Below, piece after piece: positions 34,932 through 38,519 of a stretch of 38,519 nt of DNA. The stretch lies in IMG/VR virus record IMGVR_UViG_3300028588_000050, positions 1-38,519 of that record; one strand, given 5' to 3'. Positions within the stretch are counted from its first letter, which is position 1. Every line of letters begins with the position of its first letter. This DNA is from a virus (lineage: Duplodnaviria > Caudoviricetes). The notes below the pieces were generated by a model. That model did no database searches. It saw only the letters and a program-made list of their open reading frames with translations, and had not been told where the DNA came from. Made by a program: the position numbers and the translations under genes.

Positions 34932-35689
34932 CCCCCCTGAAAAACCCCCTCCCCGCCGACTTCCGCGAACACCTCCACAACACGGTTCCCGCACAGATGG
35001 AGATGTACGGCGTCGGAAGGCACACGATTATGCGGTGGCGTCGTATGTCGGGCGTGTCGGTCCACCAGCGCGCGTGGACTGAGGAAGCGCTGGCCACCCT
35101 TAAAGAGATGGTCGAGCAGGGTCACTCCTACGACGTGATCGCGAAGAAGATGGGCATCGGTCGCAAGCGTGTCTGTAACGCCGTCGATCGCAACCGGTTC
35201 AGCAAAGGCACACCGCAAAGCCGTCGCATGCCGATGAAGCCTATCCCCGATGACTTCGTGGAGATGTGGACAGACAACCCGCTGTCGTTCCTGGCCAAGC
35301 ATTACGGCGTCAGTGCCAAGACAATGCGGCGTTGGGTTGCTGCCAAGGGTCTGAAGCGCCCTGCTCGTGGCCAGATCGCCCGTGCCGTAGACTTCGAGCG
35401 TAAGGCACCTGAGAAACCCCAAAAGTTCAACCGCGACCGCTACAAGACTGCCGTGTCGGATATCAGCGCGGGCCGTGATACGTCGCCAGAGGGTGAGGCG
35501 CAGGCGTTCTTGCAGAAAGAAGGCTACCGCCCGGTATGCCGCTGCAATGCCGAGCGCGTACCTACCCAGGGTGGCCGCTTCTGGATCTGTGGCAACGTCC
35601 ACGGCGTCCTGACCGATGCGCAGTTGGTCGAGCGCGTTACGGAGATTCGGGAGCGGCGGGAGCGGATGGCGGCGAGGTGGGCGGCTTAG
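34928..35689 (+). CDS. Multi-HTH regulator with GcrA-like domain
   Basis: WTEEALATLKEMVEQGHSYDVIAKKMG resembles GcrA N-terminus; flanked by two P.P.DF...YGV...T..RW repeats. Confidence 0.75.
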   Translation: MTPLKNPLPADFREHLHNTVPAQMEMYGVGRHTIMRWRRMSGVSVHQRAWTEEALATLKEMVEQGHSYDVIAKKMGIGRKRVCNAVDRNRFSKGTPQSRRMPMKPIPDDFVEMWTDNPLSFLAKHYGVSAKTMRRWVAAKGLKRPARGQIARAVDFERKAPEKPQKFNRDRYKTAVSDISAGRDTSPEGEAQAFLQKEGYRPVCRCNAERVPTQGGRFWICGNVHGVLTDAQLVERVTEIRERRERMAARWAA

Positions 35690-35710
35690 GACTGGCAGCG
35701 ACGAGATTGA

Positions 35711-35850
35711 TAAAGGGGCTGGGTAAAACCGGCCCTTTTTTTATGATTGTGGCGGGCGACCGAGAAAAGCCCAATCCAAACCCGCCACTATCGATACCCG
35801 GCGATCAACTCGGGTAGCCTAGCAAGCTAGGACTTCAAGCGCCTTTCGGC
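35711..35850 (-). ncRNA. Candidate structured small RNA (about 110-140 nt)
   Basis: Own leftward promoter; four consecutive hairpins with GAAA and CUUG tetraloops and G-U pairs that only work on the minus strand; no useful ORF. Confidence 0.65.
35712..35742 (+). terminator. Rho-independent terminator
   Basis: GGGGCTGG-GTAAAA-CCGGCCCT then T-run. Confidence 0.8.
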
Positions 35851-35856
35851 ATCGCT

Positions 35857-35920
35857 GTTATAGCTTTTATCGCAGCGCGTCGCAAACCGCGTTGACATTC
35901 GCCGCTATGGCGACTAAATC
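35857..35920. promoter_or_regulatory. Back-to-back divergent sigma70 promoters
   Basis: Leftward TTGCGA(35885-80)-17-TATAAC(35862-57); rightward TTGACA(35892-97)-17-TAAATC(35915-20). Confidence 0.75.
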
Positions 35921-35946
35921 TATGGTTCCTGAGATGAGGAACGGAT

Positions 35947-36198
35947 ATGACAGCACCGCACAACATAAAGCAGCTCAGTCGCGACGATTTTATGACGTGG
36001 CTGGAAGCTAGAGGCGCGACACTTTCGGACTTGACTAACCCTTACGAGGTGGTCCGATATCGCATGTGGACCCCAGCTGATAAGTCGCGGCCATCGACCC
36101 ACATCATTTACAAGCGCGGCAATGGTAGCCTGACCTATCAGGGTATGACACGCCAGCATTACGAATCGTTTTGCGCCGACAAGAATCGGGGGCTGTGA
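35947..36198 (+). CDS. Hypothetical protein
   Basis: GAGGA RBS; TNPYEVVRY motif; coupled to exonuclease. Confidence 0.8.
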   Translation: MTAPHNIKQLSRDDFMTWLEARGATLSDLTNPYEVVRYRMWTPADKSRPSTHIIYKRGNGSLTYQGMTRQHYESFCADKNRGL

Positions 36199-36914
36199 TG
36201 ACAGCAGCATTCACCACATTCAGCCCGCCGGGTAAGCCGCACATCGTTTGCCATGCCGAATATGAGCAGGGCAGCGAGGCGTGGCTCCAGGCTCGGTGCG
36301 GGCTTCTGACGGCCAGCGAGGTTAAGCTGATCGTCACGGAAAAGACGATGAAAGCCGCGAGCAACGATAAGGAACGCGCGCACCTGTATGAGCTACTGGC
36401 CCAGCGCGTGAACAAATATGTCGAGCCGCATTTCTTCAGCTTCGACATGGAGCGCGGCCATTCGGACGAGGTCGAGGCGCGCATCGTCTATGATGCCAAC
36501 TACGCCGAAACCAGCACCGACATCGCGTTCATGACGAATAACCGGTGGGGCTTCACGCTGGGTTATTCACCGGATGGGCTAGTAGGCGACGACGGAGCAA
36601 TCGAGTGCAAGAGCCGCCGCCAGAAGTTCCAGATGCAGACTATCCTAGAGGGCATCGTGCCATCGGAATACGCGATGCAGTTGCAGACTGGCTTGCTGGT
36701 TAGCGAGCGTGAGTGGATCGACTTCGTTTCGTACAGTGGTGGCATGCCGATGTACGTGCAGCGGGTCTATCCCGATGATGTCGTGCGCGAGGCCATCATA
36801 AACATTGCTGGCGGATTCGAAGCCCGCATTGCTGATGCGCTGGCGAAATACAACGAATCCGCCAAGAAATTCATCCCAACCGAACGCAAGATTGAACAGG
36901 AGATGTTCGCTTAG
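36198..36914 (+). CDS. YqaJ/lambda-exonuclease family protein
   Basis: QGSEAWLQAR.G.LTAS, MERG...E..AR, GYSPDGLV, IECKS, Y..QLQ..L motifs. Confidence 0.93.
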   Translation: MTAAFTTFSPPGKPHIVCHAEYEQGSEAWLQARCGLLTASEVKLIVTEKTMKAASNDKERAHLYELLAQRVNKYVEPHFFSFDMERGHSDEVEARIVYDANYAETSTDIAFMTNNRWGFTLGYSPDGLVGDDGAIECKSRRQKFQMQTILEGIVPSEYAMQLQTGLLVSEREWIDFVSYSGGMPMYVQRVYPDDVVREAIINIAGGFEARIADALAKYNESAKKFIPTERKIEQEMFA

Positions 36915-36923
36915 CAGATACCC

Positions 36924-36964
36924 ACTTAATTAGTGTTGCTATCTCTAATTAAGTCGTGCATAAT
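36924..36964 (+). promoter_or_regulatory. Promoter of HNH gene overlapped by perfect inverted repeat
   Basis: TTGCTA(36936-41)-17-CATAAT; ACTTAATTAG(36924-33)/CTAATTAAGT(36945-54). Confidence 0.65.
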
Positions 36965-37028
36965 CGGTAGCGAGGCGGCGGACTTCCCGGAACGCCGGCC
37001 TCGCACCTAACGGCATAAGGAGGCCGCT

Positions 37029-37595
37029 TTGACCGGAATACATGACGAAGAAGAGATTTGGAAGACGGCGGTGGGTTTCCCTCATTACGCTGTTTCCAAC
37101 CTGGGTCGCGTGAAGCGCGTTAAACCAGACGCATACGGTAGGACGCTGGCTGTTATCCTGAAGCCGGTGGCGCGTCCGGACGGTTACATCGCTTACAGCA
37201 TGCACAACGAGGGCGTGCAGAAAGTCCGGCTCGGCCATCGCTTAGTGTGTGAAGCATTCCACGGCCCACAGCCCAAGGGCAAGCCGCACGCCTGCCACAA
37301 CGATGGCGACAAGGCAAATAACAAGGCGGACAATGTTCGATGGGATAGCCCAGTTGGCAACAACAATGACAAAATCGAACACGGAACTCTTGCTAAGGGC
37401 GATAAGCATTCCGCCGTTTATGACGGTAGTTACCTACCAAGAGGTTCTGGCCATAAGATGGCAAAGCTAGATGAGAATGATGTTATTGCTATTCGCGCTG
37501 ACACCCGAAGCACTGGTCAAATTGGTATAGCCTATGGTGTCAGCCAGTCTTTAATATCCATGATTAAGACTCGTAAAATTTGGAAGCACATTTAA
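37029..37595 (+). CDS. NUMOD4-HNH homing endonuclease
   Basis: EIWK...GF..YAVSNLGRVK (NUMOD4), HRLVCEAF.G, H.DGDK.NN...N..W, C-terminal HTH ending WKHI. Confidence 0.92.
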   Translation: MTGIHDEEEIWKTAVGFPHYAVSNLGRVKRVKPDAYGRTLAVILKPVARPDGYIAYSMHNEGVQKVRLGHRLVCEAFHGPQPKGKPHACHNDGDKANNKADNVRWDSPVGNNNDKIEHGTLAKGDKHSAVYDGSYLPRGSGHKMAKLDENDVIAIRADTRSTGQIGIAYGVSQSLISMIKTRKIWKHI

Positions 37596-37606
37596 GGAGA
37601 TGAACG

Positions 37607-38197
37607 ATGAATATGCTTGATACTATCGTCCCAAAATCCGAGCAAGTGAACGCGGACGACTTGATCGGACAGACCATGACTATTCTTATCCGCGAGGTTA
37701 AGTTTCATCATGGCTCGGAGCAGCCTGTCTCGATCTACTTCGACGGCAGCGACAAAGCCTATCGCCCAGGAAAGTCGATGTGCCGCGTTTTGGTGCATGC
37801 ATGGGGGCCTGATGCCAACGCCTACGTGGGGCGCTCGCTGAAGCTGTATCGCGATCCGACAATTCGCTTCGGCAAGGATGAAGTGGGCGGCATCCGTATT
37901 TCGCATATGTCGCACATCGACGGACCCATCAAAATGGCCCTCACAGCCACGCGCGGCAGCCGTAAGGCATATCAGGTCCAGCCGCTTGAGGTCGAGCGTC
38001 AGGTGCCGTCTGCGGAGGCTTTGACCCTGGACGCAGCCCGCACGCTGGTAGAGCAGGCTCCCGACATGGCAGCACTCGAACAGGTGTGGAAGCGTAAGGC
38101 AATGGCGCCGTTCCGTGATGAGCTTGGCGATGCGCTTGCATTTCGTAAGTCGGAGTTGACCGTACCACAGGCTGATGATGGGGAGGCTGGGGAATGA
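37607..38197 (+). CDS. Conserved exonuclease-partner protein (putative ssDNA-binding/annealing)
   Basis: I.PKS.Q.NADDL, P.KSM.RVL..AWG, L.RDP...FG...VGGIRISH.SHID motifs; acidic tail; recombinase position. Confidence 0.7.
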   Translation: MNMLDTIVPKSEQVNADDLIGQTMTILIREVKFHHGSEQPVSIYFDGSDKAYRPGKSMCRVLVHAWGPDANAYVGRSLKLYRDPTIRFGKDEVGGIRISHMSHIDGPIKMALTATRGSRKAYQVQPLEVERQVPSAEALTLDAARTLVEQAPDMAALEQVWKRKAMAPFRDELGDALAFRKSELTVPQADDGEAGE

Positions 38198-38370
38198 TCG
38201 ATTGGGGCATGGGCGCGCAGGGATGGGCTAGCAAGGAGCTAGAGGAAGCCTATCAGATCCTGTGGCAGTTGCGCCAGAAGCAGACTGCGAACGACGTTAT
38301 AAAGGCGCTTGCTGAGGCGATGGATGCGGTCGAGCGCGTGGACGACGAACTTACGGACGTGATCTTGTGA
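38194..38370 (+). CDS. Hypothetical 58-aa helical protein
   Basis: Hand-translated MIDWGMGAQGW...; ATGA and GTGA overlaps. Confidence 0.65.
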   Translation: MIDWGMGAQGWASKELEEAYQILWQLRQKQTANDVIKALAEAMDAVERVDDELTDVIL

Positions 38371-38519
38371 CTGACCGCGACATCATCGCAGCACTAGGCG
38401 GCTGCGCATCCGTAGGCCGCGACCTGAACCGCACAACCAAGAGCGTCTACCACTGGACCACGCGCGGCATCTCGTGGCCGTGGCGCGCTCGGGTTGCTGC
38501 GTTGGCACAGTCGCGCGGG
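38367..38519 (+). CDS. Second Cro-like HTH protein (partial, runs off the window)
   Basis: MTDRDIIAALGGCASVGRDLNRTTKSVYHWTTRGISWPWRARV...; II..LGG...V......V..W..RGI pattern. Confidence 0.75.
   Translation, partial: MTDRDIIAALGGCASVGRDLNRTTKSVYHWTTRGISWPWRARVAALAQSRG

Larger units (their letters stand above)
1..38519. mobile_element. Tailed phage (P22/BPP-1-like podovirus) genome segment, probable Sphingomonadales host
   Basis: Contiguous terS-terL-portal-scaffold-capsid-adaptor-nozzle-ejection-tailspike-lysis order; no tape measure or sheath; no host housekeeping genes; ORFs run off both window ends. Confidence 0.95.

Noticed and set aside
36924-36954. CtrA box
   Set aside because: TTAA half-sites are not in the TTAA-N7-TTAA spacing
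1-38519. Complete circular genome, terminal repeats or prophage att sites
   Set aside because: Ends do not match, genes are truncated at both ends, and replication and integrase genes are absent from the window

Overview
The whole window is bacteriophage DNA: most of a P22/BPP-1-like podovirus genome, probably infecting an alphaproteobacterium of the Sphingomonadales (inferred from a PEPxxWA-CTERM protein, a GcrA-like HTH and GCTATA-type -10 boxes). Gene order: small accessory genes and a C5 DNA methyltransferase; terS-terL-portal-scaffold-major capsid-Bbp16-like cement; a 5.8-kb fibre/carbohydrate-active block (collagen-like protein, 1088-aa PT-linker/beta-propeller fibre, signal-peptide GH5 endoglucanase); adaptor-nozzle-GNAT-like-ejection proteins-transglycosylase-tailspike; lysis cassette with spanins; a leftward early operon (Rmf-like, mosaic protein, Lar-like, PEP-CTERM); a divergent switch with a Cro-like gene; GcrA-like regulator; YqaJ exonuclease and partner. 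Three free-standing homing endonucleases are inserted. No integrase, CI repressor, replication genes, tRNA or CRISPR array are visible, and genes run off both ends, so the genome is incomplete here. Most notable: a promoter-driven structured small RNA candidate (about 35710-35850, minus strand), a phage-encoded exosortase substrate, a secreted GH5 cellulase-type enzyme among virion genes, a secreted 18-aa disulfide peptide, a Pro-rich peptide plus membrane-protein pair before the lysis genes, a possible +1 frameshift fusing an ejection protein to a transglycosylase, and a repeated GGAGA-N-GAGATG start motif on accessory genes. All family assignments are by motif recognition, not database search.
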